DNA of 64,000 nt from Vicinamibacteria bacterium (GCA_965199715.1 OZ241322.1:512001-576000), one strand, 5' to 3'. Counted from the stretch's first letter, positions 20,871 to 30,219 are shown. Made by a program: numbers and translations. The notes: generated by a model not told the origin, from the letters alone.

Positions 20871-21029
20871 GCCGTCGCCGAGTCGGAGATCCACCGCTTC
20901 GGGACCTGGTACAAGTGCCTTTGGAAGGCGACGCGCACGAAAATCCGTAACGCTGGGGTACCAACCCGCCGACCGATCCACCTTGATCGACCTAATGGAT
21001 CGCAGCGCGTACGACTTGGTACGGGTTGG

Positions 21030-21713
21030 ATGACCGCCGCCACCCAGGCCCGCCCACGAGCATTCGAGGAAGTGGAGCGGCTCCCACGCTGCCCGGACGT
21101 CGTCCACGCCGCACGAAAGCGGGGCGTTCGCGAAGTCGTCCACTTCACGACCATCAGCGGCCTCATCGGGATTCTGGCGAAGGGCGCCGTGCTGAGCCGT
21201 GCACGGCTGGAGGGAGACAAGTACCTTGAGTACGTGTGTCGACCGAACGCACCCGTTCGGAAGGACGAGGCGTGGCTGGACTACGTGAGCCTTTCCGTCA
21301 GTCGCATCAACGACTGGATGTTCGAGCACTCCGAGCGCTGGCAGGTCAAGAATGACAACCCGTGGGTGGTCCTGGCCTTCGATCCGGCGCTCCTCGGCGA
21401 CCCCGGTGTGGTGTTTGCGACCACCAACAACATCTACCCGGCGTGCCGCCGGGCCGAAGGCCTCGTCGGATTCGAGGGCCTGTTCGCGGAGTCGGTCGCC
21501 GGGCGGTACGGAAAACTCCACGACCGCGAGGAGAAGCCCCGAAGCTGGCCGACGGACCGGCAGGCTGAGGTGCTCTATCCGGGTCAGGTATCGTGCCGGT
21601 ATCTCCTCCGCGTTGACGTGCAGCGGGAGGAGACGCTGGATGTCGTTGCTGGTCTCGAGGGCACTCTACGAGTGAGCGTGCCGGTTCGACATACACCGGC
21701 GGTATTCCAATGA
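21030..21713 (+). CDS. darT: DarT-family (DUF4433) ssDNA ADP-ribosyltransferase toxin, DarT1-like
   Basis: VVHFTT..L.GIL..G..LSR, DYVSLS, WMF, WVVL, F.TTN, PTDRQAEVL with catalytic Glu. Confidence 0.82.
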   Translation: MTAATQARPRAFEEVERLPRCPDVVHAARKRGVREVVHFTTISGLIGILAKGAVLSRARLEGDKYLEYVCRPNAPVRKDEAWLDYVSLSVSRINDWMFEHSERWQVKNDNPWVVLAFDPALLGDPGVVFATTNNIYPACRRAEGLVGFEGLFAESVAGRYGKLHDREEKPRSWPTDRQAEVLYPGQVSCRYLLRVDVQREETLDVVAGLEGTLRVSVPVRHTPAVFQ

Positions 21714-23254
21714 CCAGCAAGGGTTTGTTCGTGAGACACAAAGCCCCGACACTTGCTGGACGCGACGTGGGCGGCGTGCTGGGCCGCGTCGAGCGGTCGG
21801 CCCTCTGGGCCGCCTACGGCGACGCCCTCGGTTGGATCAGCGAACTGACGAACGCCGCTGGCCTGCGGAAACGCACCGGCGGAGCGCCGCTCGACGAACC
21901 GATCGCTTGGGAGCGTCACATCGGCGGCCGATCGGGGGTCACCGTTCCCCTTCCCCGAGGCTGCTACTCGGACGACACGCAGTTGCGCCTCGCCACGGGG
22001 CGAGCGATCCGACCCGAGGGTTTCGACGTCGAGGCATTCGCGAAGGTCGAGCTTCCCGTGTGGCTTGGTTACGGACTCGGCGGTGGGAAATCCACAAGCG
22101 CGGCCGCCGCCCAGCTCACGAGACGCAATCCGGCGTGGTGGAGCAACCGCTTCCGGGGATGGACCCGCTCCGGCGGAAACGGCGCGGCCATGCGCATCCA
22201 GCCACACGTGTGGGCGTCACGCTCTCCGGAGGACCCGGAGTCCTATTTGCCGGATGTCGTACGGAATTCAGTGTGCACCCACTCCCATCCCACCGGGCTT
22301 ATGGGAGCCGTCCTGCATTCGCTTTGCGTGGCCTATTCCACAGCGACCGGCGAGGTACCGTCCCCGAAGCAACTACCGACTCTTCGTGAACAGACGGCGC
22401 GGGTGCCGGGACTCGTCGCCCGAGACGACGAACTGCGCTACTGGCGAGCGGCCTTCCAGCAAGAGGAAAGCCGCTTCGACTCGGCGTGGGCGCGAGCGTG
22501 GGACGAGGTTCAGCAGTCCGTCGAACACGTCGCCGCCTGCCGCAACGGCTCGCAGGGCGTGGACGGTTATGAGGCCATCGTGCAGGCTCTGGGACTGCGC
22601 GAACGAGAGCGCCGGGGCAGCGGAATCCTGACGGCGGTGGCCGCGCTCGGTTTGGCATGGTGCGAGGATCGGCCGGCGGAAGCCATGCGGATCGCGGCGA
22701 ACGCGGTCGGCACCGACACCGACACGATCGCGTCCATGGCGGGCGCGATTCTCGGGGCCACGGCGGACGCCGACCCGCCGTTGGAGGTGCTTGACGGCCC
22801 GCTGATCCGTTCCGAGGCGGTCCGTCTGGCAAGGATCGGGGAGGGTGAGAGTCCCGCGAGTCATCCCTACCCCGACCTCCTGCATTGGACGGCCCCCAAG
22901 CACCGAGCCGAGGCGTTGGAGCGGACGAAGGACGGAGGGCTCCGTGTGCTTGGCCTCGGTCCCGCCCGGCGGCTGGAGGGAAACCCGCCCTTCGTCAACG
23001 GCACGTTCCAGTGGCAGTGGATCCGGCTGGACTTCGGGCAGACGCTCCTCATCAAGACCCGTAAGGGGGAGCCCGAGGCCCCCCAAGAGAAGAGGGGCCT
23101 GCAGGAGACGATCGCCTACGTCTCGGAACATATTGACGACGATCGGATCGTCGGACAGGCGCTGCGCAAGGTCGCGCGCAAGGGCACCCACGGCGGGATT
23201 GCGGGCTTCAGCTCGGCGCTGATCGACCTGCTGCGCGCTCACAAACCGGACTGA
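21710..23254 (+). CDS. ADP-ribosylglycohydrolase (ARH/DraG family) with about 130-aa C-terminal extension; putative antitoxin
   Basis: AAYGDALG, YSDDTQL, GNGAAMRI, THSH, GTDTDTIASMAGAI metal-binding motifs; ATGA overlap with darT. Confidence 0.9.
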   Translation: MTSKGLFVRHKAPTLAGRDVGGVLGRVERSALWAAYGDALGWISELTNAAGLRKRTGGAPLDEPIAWERHIGGRSGVTVPLPRGCYSDDTQLRLATGRAIRPEGFDVEAFAKVELPVWLGYGLGGGKSTSAAAAQLTRRNPAWWSNRFRGWTRSGGNGAAMRIQPHVWASRSPEDPESYLPDVVRNSVCTHSHPTGLMGAVLHSLCVAYSTATGEVPSPKQLPTLREQTARVPGLVARDDELRYWRAAFQQEESRFDSAWARAWDEVQQSVEHVAACRNGSQGVDGYEAIVQALGLRERERRGSGILTAVAALGLAWCEDRPAEAMRIAANAVGTDTDTIASMAGAILGATADADPPLEVLDGPLIRSEAVRLARIGEGESPASHPYPDLLHWTAPKHRAEALERTKDGGLRVLGLGPARRLEGNPPFVNGTFQWQWIRLDFGQTLLIKTRKGEPEAPQEKRGLQETIAYVSEHIDDDRIVGQALRKVARKGTHGGIAGFSSALIDLLRAHKPD

Positions 23255-23257
23255 CCC

Positions 23258-23869
23258 ATGAACCTCATCGTCTTCGGAGCCACCGGCAAGACCGGGAAAC
23301 ACGTCCTCAAGGCCGCGCTCGACCGGGGAGCCGAGGTGACCGCGTTCGCCCGCTCGCCGCAGAAGCTTGACGGATTCGAGGGTGTCCGTATCGCGGAAGG
23401 CGACGTGCTGGACCCGGAGTCGGTCGCGGCGGCGATTCCGGGACACGACGCCGTGATCGTCGCGCTCGGGAGCGTCAACCTGAAGGACGCGACGACGCTC
23501 TCCGCCGGAACCCGGAACGTGCTCGCCGCCATGAACCGCCACGGAGTGCGGCGTCTCGTCGCGCTCTCCGCCGTCGGCGTCGCCGAGAGCTGGGGTCAGC
23601 TTCCGCTGCTGCCCAAGCTGCTGTTCCGAACGATGCTGCGGAACGTCCTCGCCGACCACGAGGCGCAGGAGGCGCTCGTCAGGGACAGCTCGCTCGACTG
23701 GACGATCGTCCGCGCCGCCATCCTGAAGGACGGCCCGGCGACCGGCGAGGTCACCGCCTCGAACACCGGCAAGGTGGGCAATATCCAACGCGCCGACGTG
23801 GCCGCGTTCCTCGTCGCCGCGGCAACCGAGGGGACCTACCGGGGACAGACGATCTCGATCACTTCCTGA
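23258..23869 (+). CDS. NAD(P)H-binding flavin reductase-like (BVR-B / atypical SDR)
   Basis: FGATGKTG, GDVLD, LDWTIVR, RADVA. Confidence 0.88.
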   Translation: MNLIVFGATGKTGKHVLKAALDRGAEVTAFARSPQKLDGFEGVRIAEGDVLDPESVAAAIPGHDAVIVALGSVNLKDATTLSAGTRNVLAAMNRHGVRRLVALSAVGVAESWGQLPLLPKLLFRTMLRNVLADHEAQEALVRDSSLDWTIVRAAILKDGPATGEVTASNTGKVGNIQRADVAAFLVAAATEGTYRGQTISITS

Positions 23870-24779
23870 CGCCGGGAACCCCGATTCGCTCAAGAATCGT
23901 CCGCAGTTCCTCCCGCTCCGAAGCATCGAGGCTGCGGGTGGGGAGCCGGCTCGGACCGCCTGTTCTTCCCGTGAGCTCCAGCGCCGCGTTCACGACCGGG
24001 CTCTCCGCCCCGGTGCGCCGCCACATCCGGATCCGAAAGGCGTACCACGGCCAGTTCACCCGGGTCAGCAGCTCCTGCGCCGCCCGGTACTCGCCCGCCT
24101 CCATCAGCCGAAAGACCTCCAGATCGTGCTCGGGCCAGATCATCGCGAGATGGGTGATGTATCCCCGGCCCCCGAGCATGTGCGTCAGCGCCTGCGCCCC
24201 GAAGTTGTCGATGACCGCGACGCGATCCCGGAAGCGCTCGATCCCGCGCTGGTACTCGAAGGCCCCCCGCGCCGTGGACCACTTGAGCGCAAGGCACCGG
24301 GGCAACGCGACCAGCCGCTCGACGTCGTCGAGCGTCATGTCGTAGCCCTCCCAGTGCGTGTTGTAGATCATGATCCCGAGAGTGCTCGTGGCCTCATGCA
24401 CCGCCTCGAACACTCGAAAGAGATCATCGGGCGACGGTTCGTAGTAGTAGCCGGGAGCGAGCTGGACGCCCCACGCGCCGATCTCCTCGGCGAAGCGCGC
24501 CATCTCGACCGAGACGCTCGGGTTCGTGTCCTGCGCGCCGACCACCACCGGGACGCGCCCGTCCGCCGCCCGGACGACGGTCTCACTGACCGCTTTCCGC
24601 TCGTCGAGCGAGAGCATCGGGAAGTCGCCTCCGGCGCCGGCGGCGAGCAGCGCCCCGCTTCCCGAGACGATTCCCCGGTCCACGACGTACCGCACGTTCT
24701 CGCGGATCGCGTCGTGGTCCACGCTCAGGTCGTCATGGTAGTGGGTGATGACCGGAATCAGGGGGCCGCAGATCGCCAT
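23859..24779 (-). CDS. Dihydrodipicolinate synthase / N-acetylneuraminate lyase family aldolase
   Basis: GAGGDFPMLSLDER, GRVPVVVG, MIYN, Schiff-base Lys in LKWS. Confidence 0.85.
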   Translation of the reverse strand: MAICGPLIPVITHYHDDLSVDHDAIRENVRYVVDRGIVSGSGALLAAGAGGDFPMLSLDERKAVSETVVRAADGRVPVVVGAQDTNPSVSVEMARFAEEIGAWGVQLAPGYYYEPSPDDLFRVFEAVHEATSTLGIMIYNTHWEGYDMTLDDVERLVALPRCLALKWSTARGAFEYQRGIERFRDRVAVIDNFGAQALTHMLGGRGYITHLAMIWPEHDLEVFRLMEAGEYRAAQELLTRVNWPWYAFRIRMWRRTGAESPVVNAALELTGRTGGPSRLPTRSLDASEREELRTILERIGVPGVRK

Positions 24780-24801
24780 CCCTGTGTTATACCCGAACCC
24801 C

Positions 24802-26283
24802 GTGGCGGCGGTTGACTGGATCGTTCTGGCGGTTTACGCCGGACTGACGCTCTGGCTCGGCTGGTTCTACGGGCGGCGGCAGACCTCGACCCGCGAGTAT
24901 TTCGTCGGGGGCGGGCGCCTCAACCCGCTCGCGGTCGGCGTCTCGCTCTTCGCGACGCTCGTGAGCACGGTCTCGTACCTCTCGGTGCCGGGCGAAATCA
25001 TCGCGAAGGGGCCAGTCACCCTCGCGCAGCTCGTCACGCTTCCCGTGGTGTACGTGGTCGTCGCCTACTGGCTGCTTCCGGCGTTCATGGGGCGCCGGGT
25101 CACGAGCGCCTACGAGCTCCTCGAGGTTCGTCTCGGCGCGGGGGCCCGCCTGCTCGGCGCGTCCATGTTCATCATCCTTAGGGTGGGATGGATGTCGCTC
25201 GTCGTGTACGCGGCGGCGGTGGCCCTGACGGTGATGATCGGCGCCGGCCCCGAAGCGGTGCCGGCGATCGTGCTCGTGACCGCGGCCGTCGCGGTCGCCT
25301 ATACGTCGCTCGGCGGACTTCGCGCCGTCGTCGTGACCGACTGCATCCAGTCCACGTTGCTTCTCAGCGGGGCCCTCGTCGTCATCGGCGTCGTAACCGT
25401 GGAAATGGGCGGTTTCGGGTGGTTCCCGACGACGTGGCAGGCGAACTGGGACACGCAGCCGCTCTTCAGTTGGAATCCGGCGACCCGCGTCACCGCCTTC
25501 GGCGCGGTGATTTCGACGCTCACGTGGTACGCGGCGACCGCCGGAGGCGATCAGGTGGCCATCCAGCGGTTCATGGCGACGACCGACCTGAAGGCCGCCC
25601 GACGCGCCTACGCGACGCAGCTCATCGCCATCACGGTCGTGACGGTGGCGCTCGCGCTCGTCGGGCTCGCGCTCCTCGGCTACTTCGAGGCGTTTCCCGG
25701 GGAGCTGGGCGCGGGCCTTTCGCTCAGTGACGACGGGGACCACGTGTTCCCGTACTTCATCGCCCAACGGCTACCGACCGGGATCGCCGGGCTGGTGGTC
25801 GCCGCCATGTTCGCCGCCGCCATGTCCAGCGTGGACTCGGGGGTGAACTCGATTTCCGCCGTGGTCTTGACCGACTTCGCGCCACGGCTCGGCAAGGGCG
25901 GCGGAGATGACGCGACCAGGCTGCGGCTGGCGCGCTGGATCGCGGTGGGAACCGGCGGCCTCATCGTTCTCGGCAGTTTCCTGATGGCCATCGTCCCCGG
26001 CAACATCACCGAGACGACCTCGAAGACCTCGAACCTGCTCACGACTCCCATCTTCGGGCTCTTCATCTTCGCGATGTTCGTGCGCCGCGTGCGCCCCGTC
26101 GGCGCCTTCGTCGGCACGGCGGCCGGCATCGTCGCGGCTGCGCTCGTCGCGTTCTCGGGTCCGATCTTCGGGTTCGATCCGGTCACCGGAGGCGACCCGG
26201 TGAGTTTCCAGTGGATCGCCCCGATTTCGTTACTGGTCCAGATCGCCGTGGGCTTCCTCGTGAGCCGGCTGTTCGAACGATGA
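24802..26283 (+). CDS. Sodium:solute symporter (SSS) family transporter
   Basis: EYFVGG, SAYELLEVRLG, GGLRAVVVTD, DQVAIQR, AAAMSSVDSGVNS. Confidence 0.9.
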   Translation: MAAVDWIVLAVYAGLTLWLGWFYGRRQTSTREYFVGGGRLNPLAVGVSLFATLVSTVSYLSVPGEIIAKGPVTLAQLVTLPVVYVVVAYWLLPAFMGRRVTSAYELLEVRLGAGARLLGASMFIILRVGWMSLVVYAAAVALTVMIGAGPEAVPAIVLVTAAVAVAYTSLGGLRAVVVTDCIQSTLLLSGALVVIGVVTVEMGGFGWFPTTWQANWDTQPLFSWNPATRVTAFGAVISTLTWYAATAGGDQVAIQRFMATTDLKAARRAYATQLIAITVVTVALALVGLALLGYFEAFPGELGAGLSLSDDGDHVFPYFIAQRLPTGIAGLVVAAMFAAAMSSVDSGVNSISAVVLTDFAPRLGKGGGDDATRLRLARWIAVGTGGLIVLGSFLMAIVPGNITETTSKTSNLLTTPIFGLFIFAMFVRRVRPVGAFVGTAAGIVAAALVAFSGPIFGFDPVTGGDPVSFQWIAPISLLVQIAVGFLVSRLFER

Positions 26284-26618
26284 TCCGCACCCTCGCCGCC
26301 GCGCTGCTGCTCGGCTTCCAGCTCTTCATGATCGGGTACGCCCGTTTCGTGCCGTCGCGCTACTTCTGCTGGGCGCCGATGGACTCGCAGAACCTGTATT
26401 CGATCGCGGTCGAGATCGACGGGCACAGCCTCGGCCCGGACGAAATCGAGGCGCGGTACCGCCAGCCGGCCACCGGCGGGAACTGGCAGGCCATCCAGCA
26501 CGCGCTCGACAAGGTGCAGCAGTACGAGGAGACCTACGGAAAGGACGACGACGCCCGTGTCACCGTCACGTTCACCGTGAACGGCGGCCCCGAGGAGACG
26601 TGGTCGTGGCCGCCGTGA
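26280..26618 (+). CDS. Small membrane-anchored hypothetical protein (possible HTTM partner)
   Basis: N-terminal TM, RYFCWAP motif; ATGA/GTGA overlaps with both neighbours. Confidence 0.65.
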   Translation: MIRTLAAALLLGFQLFMIGYARFVPSRYFCWAPMDSQNLYSIAVEIDGHSLGPDEIEARYRQPATGGNWQAIQHALDKVQQYEETYGKDDDARVTVTFTVNGGPEETWSWPP

Positions 26619-27775
26619 CCGCCTCGTGGAACCCGTTCCGCTGCGGCGGCACTCCACTCCCGACGCCGCTCCTGCTCGCGGCCAAGCTGCTGGTCGTCAC
26701 GCTGCTCGCGACCGGGCACGTCGCCACGCTCCCCGATCCCTTCCTGCCCTTCCTCCGCGTGTTCGACCGGATCGGGCACCCCGAAGCGTTCCGGCTCGGG
26801 CTCCAAATCCTGTTCGTCGCCGGCTCGATCGCCGTGCTCTTCAATCGCCGGGTCCGGCTCGCCTCGCTCACGGTGGGCCTGACGATCCTCGTGGGCATCG
26901 CGTCCTCAAGGATCTACTGGGCCAACAACACCTTCTTCGCCGGCGCGGCGCTGACTCTGATCGGACTCCACGCGTCGGGGCGGTCGGTCTGGCTGCTGCG
27001 GGCGCAGGTCGCGCTCATCTACTTCGGGGCCGGGTTCAACAAGATCCTCGATCCCGACTGGCTCTCGGGACAGTTCTTCGAGCACTGGACCGAGAATCTC
27101 GGCCACGACCTCTACATCCGGGCGGCGGCGCTGCTCCCGCCGATGGCGCTCTCAAGGTTCATGTGCTGGGCGACCATCGCCACCGAGCTGAGCCTCTTCA
27201 TCGGGTTCGCGACGCCGCGGCTCCACCCGTATGCGATCTGGCTCGGCGTGCTCTTCCACGCGGCGATGACGCTGTTCACCGGCATCACGTTCGTGCTGTT
27301 CCTGTACGTGGCCCCCATCGCGTATCTGGCGTTCGCCCGGTGGCCGCGCCAGACGACCGAGGTCCTTTACGACGGCGACTGCGGAATCTGCGCGAGGACG
27401 AGGCGCTGGTTCGAGGCGCGGGATTTCGAGGGCGCGTTCCGCTGGACGACGTTCCAGAGCGGAGCCGGCGACCGGTTCGGCATCACACGGGAGGCGCTGC
27501 GGCGGCGGCTCCACATCGTCGTGGACGGAACGCGCATCCACGAAGGCTTCCGGGCGTTCAAGCTGATGCTGCTCTACAACCCGGTCACCTACTTCGTGAT
27601 GCTCGGGGCGTTGCTCGTCCTGCACGACGGACCGGCGGGGATGCGCAGCCTGCTGCTCGTCCTGATGATCGGGTTCTTCTTCCCGCTCTTCGACCCGATC
27701 GGGCAGTGGTTCTACGACCTCGTGGCGCGCAACCGGGGACGGCTCGGCTCGGAGCCGTCCTGCCCGGTGGACTGA
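26615..27775 (+). CDS. HTTM-like membrane domain fused to DCC1/DUF393 thiol-disulfide oxidoreductase
   Basis: LRAQVALIYFGAGFNK..DWLSG and G..FH HTTM-like motifs; VLYDGDCGIC and YDLVARNR DCC motifs. Confidence 0.75.
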   Translation: MTASWNPFRCGGTPLPTPLLLAAKLLVVTLLATGHVATLPDPFLPFLRVFDRIGHPEAFRLGLQILFVAGSIAVLFNRRVRLASLTVGLTILVGIASSRIYWANNTFFAGAALTLIGLHASGRSVWLLRAQVALIYFGAGFNKILDPDWLSGQFFEHWTENLGHDLYIRAAALLPPMALSRFMCWATIATELSLFIGFATPRLHPYAIWLGVLFHAAMTLFTGITFVLFLYVAPIAYLAFARWPRQTTEVLYDGDCGICARTRRWFEARDFEGAFRWTTFQSGAGDRFGITREALRRRLHIVVDGTRIHEGFRAFKLMLLYNPVTYFVMLGALLVLHDGPAGMRSLLLVLMIGFFFPLFDPIGQWFYDLVARNRGRLGSEPSCPVD

Positions 27776-28152
27776 CCGCGCAGCACCTTCTCGAACACGC
27801 GGTATGCCTGCGCGAGCCAGTCGGCCAAGGCCTCCCAGTTGTCGGGGTTGCGCGTGTCGCACTCGTTGAAATAGTTCGCCCACTTGCTACTCGGCTCTTC
27901 GCCGAAGTGCCGCATGAGCGCCTCGCGATACATAGCGATCCGGCACGTCGCCTTCAAACCTTCCCCTGGCAAACCAATCAGGAAGCAGTTGACCCGATCT
28001 GAGGCCACGGAGTGGCCAATCCGCAGATCGGTACCGGCGACCTCAAAGTGCACGTAACTGCGGGCTGTCTGCTGCACGTCACCCGGGTGAAGCCGAGCGA
28101 TCCGGGTCCAGAACTCACGCCGGAAACCGCTCCAGTCGAATTCGGTAGCCAC
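27712..28152 (-). CDS. DUF4268-like stand-alone domain protein
   Basis: RREFW start and NW...ADWL......FE end; lower GC than neighbours. Confidence 0.45.
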   Translation of the reverse strand: MATEFDWSGFRREFWTRIARLHPGDVQQTARSYVHFEVAGTDLRIGHSVASDRVNCFLIGLPGEGLKATCRIAMYREALMRHFGEEPSSKWANYFNECDTRNPDNWEALADWLAQAYRVFEKVLRGQSTGQDGSEPSRPRLRATRS

Positions 28153-28154
28153 GC

Positions 28155-30170
28155 TCAGCGCCCGCCGTCGTCAGCCACCATCTCCCCGGAGTGCCGCCCG
28201 AACCACGCCAGAATCCGGTGCGTGACGTCCATCAGGAACTTCGGCTCCCGGGGGCCGTGCGGCGTGCGCGGGTACACGACCATCTCGGTCGGAACCCCGA
28301 GCCGGTCCAGCGCCCGGTAGAACTCCTGCCCTTGGGTGAACGGCACCCGCAGGTCCTCGGCGCCGTGGATCACCTGCGTCGGGGTCGTCACCTCGGCGAT
28401 CCGGTAGATCGCCGAGTGCGCCTCGTACACCTCGTAGTCCTCCCAGAACTCGCCGCCCATGTGCCCGGCGAGGTAGTCCTGGATGTCCGTGGTCGTGACC
28501 ATGCTGACCAGATTCGGAAGCCCGGCGCCCATGCTGGCCGCGACGAACCGGTCCGTCCGGGTCACCGCGAACGAGGTCATGTATCCCCCGTAGCTCCACC
28601 CCATGATGAACAGCCGCTTGGGATCGGCGATCCCCCGCTCGATCACGAGATCCACGCCCGCCATCAGGTCGTCCATGTCCTTGAAACCCCAGTCCATGAA
28701 GTTCGCGTAGCGGAAGTCCTTCCCGTATCCGGTGGAGCCTCTGGGGTTCGGCCGCAGGACCGCGTAGCCCTCCTGCGCGAACGTCTGCAGCATGTAGATG
28801 GACGGACCGCCGGTGAAGGTCTCCGAATAGACGCCGGCAGGCCCGCCGTGGACGTTGAGCACGAGCGGAACCCGCCGCCCCTCCTCGTAACCCACCGGGA
28901 GGGTCAGTAGCCCGTCGATCTCCAGTCCGTCGCCGGAGTCCCACGTGAGGACCGACGTCTCGCCCATCGCCGGGCGGGGCACGTCCCGGTGCAGGTCCGT
29001 CAGCCGCTGCGGTTCGAACGCCGCCGCCGGGCCGCCGCCATCCGCGACCGCCGCCGTGAACACGTCCCACGGCGTGTCCGGGGTCTGGTGGGTGAACGCC
29101 ATCACGTCCGCTCCCGCCGCGATCGAGTGCGCACCGAAGACGCCGGCTCCGGGAGTCATCTCCACGAGCGCGCCACCGTCCGCCGGGAGCGCGAAGAGCC
29201 CCCGACTGGTGCGGTCGGCCTCGCTGACGTACACGAACGACCCGTCCCGGGACCAGCCCACGATCCCGGGACTGCGGTCGCGGGTCTCCGCCAGCTTGAC
29301 CCGCTCGCCGCCCATGACCGGCATGACGTACACGTCGCCGAGCCCGATCGGCTCCGGCTGGTCACCCGTGGAGCGGAACGCGACCGTCGCGCCGTCGGGC
29401 GAAACACGCGGACTGCTCTCGACGCCGTCGCCGCCGTGGAGCGGCGTCACCCGCTCCTCGTACACATGGACCACCGAGAGATCGCCCGAGCGCCGGTTCG
29501 TGTTGATGCGTGGGTCGTCCTGATGCGCGAACACGATGCGGTCGCTGCTCGACCAGTCCCATCCGGTCACGTGGAAGTCGCCCTCGGTGAGCCGGCGGTC
29601 CTCCGCGTCGGGATCCGGACCGTCGGTCACGAGCGCGAGGTACAGATGCCCGTACTTGAAGTCCTGATCGACGAGCTCGACATCCCGCTTCTCCTTGCGG
29701 CGGGCCTCCTCGTCGTCGGTCTCCGGGTCGCGCATCACGTAGCCGACGCTGCCGCCGTCGGGCGAGAAGCGGAACGATCCCGCGCCGTTTTCGGCATGCG
29801 TCACCGGGAACGCCTCGCCGCCCGCGAGCGGGAGCAGCCAGACCTGCGGTTTCCCGTCGCTCGCCCGCAGAAAGCCGAGATACCGGCCGTCGGGCGAGAA
29901 CGCGGGCGACGTGGCGGAACTCTCGCCGGTCGTCCACGCCACCGGCTCGCCTCCCACTGCGGGAACCACGTGGATTTGCGTCCGGTACTCCGACTGCTCG
30001 CCTTCCATGAGGGGAACGGTCACCGTGAACGCGACCATCTCCCCGTCGGGCGAGATCGCCACCGACGAGATGCGGTGGTACTGCATCTGGAGTTCCGGCG
30101 TCCAGCGGTGGTCGTCAGCGAGCGCGAACGCCGACAGCAGCGTCAGAAGAATGAGGAATCGGGCGATCAT
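28155..30170 (-). CDS. Secreted S9 family (acylaminoacyl / dipeptidyl) peptidase
   Basis: Signal peptide, SPDG propeller repeats, HGGP, GWSYGG, HG.ED.RV, PH catalytic triad. Confidence 0.93.
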   Translation of the reverse strand: MIARFLILLTLLSAFALADDHRWTPELQMQYHRISSVAISPDGEMVAFTVTVPLMEGEQSEYRTQIHVVPAVGGEPVAWTTGESSATSPAFSPDGRYLGFLRASDGKPQVWLLPLAGGEAFPVTHAENGAGSFRFSPDGGSVGYVMRDPETDDEEARRKEKRDVELVDQDFKYGHLYLALVTDGPDPDAEDRRLTEGDFHVTGWDWSSSDRIVFAHQDDPRINTNRRSGDLSVVHVYEERVTPLHGGDGVESSPRVSPDGATVAFRSTGDQPEPIGLGDVYVMPVMGGERVKLAETRDRSPGIVGWSRDGSFVYVSEADRTSRGLFALPADGGALVEMTPGAGVFGAHSIAAGADVMAFTHQTPDTPWDVFTAAVADGGGPAAAFEPQRLTDLHRDVPRPAMGETSVLTWDSGDGLEIDGLLTLPVGYEEGRRVPLVLNVHGGPAGVYSETFTGGPSIYMLQTFAQEGYAVLRPNPRGSTGYGKDFRYANFMDWGFKDMDDLMAGVDLVIERGIADPKRLFIMGWSYGGYMTSFAVTRTDRFVAASMGAGLPNLVSMVTTTDIQDYLAGHMGGEFWEDYEVYEAHSAIYRIAEVTTPTQVIHGAEDLRVPFTQGQEFYRALDRLGVPTEMVVYPRTPHGPREPKFLMDVTHRILAWFGRHSGEMVADDGGR

Positions 30171-30219
30171 GGGTCAAGTATGGCAACTCCGGGCCGTCCG
30201 TTCCCGTAGTCTTTGACCG

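Noticed and set aside
19755-21713. 652-aa AlbA/HATPase-Fic-DarT fusion protein
   Set aside because: Created by a frameshift near 20580; the HATPase gene's true C-terminus is in another frame, ending at 20718.
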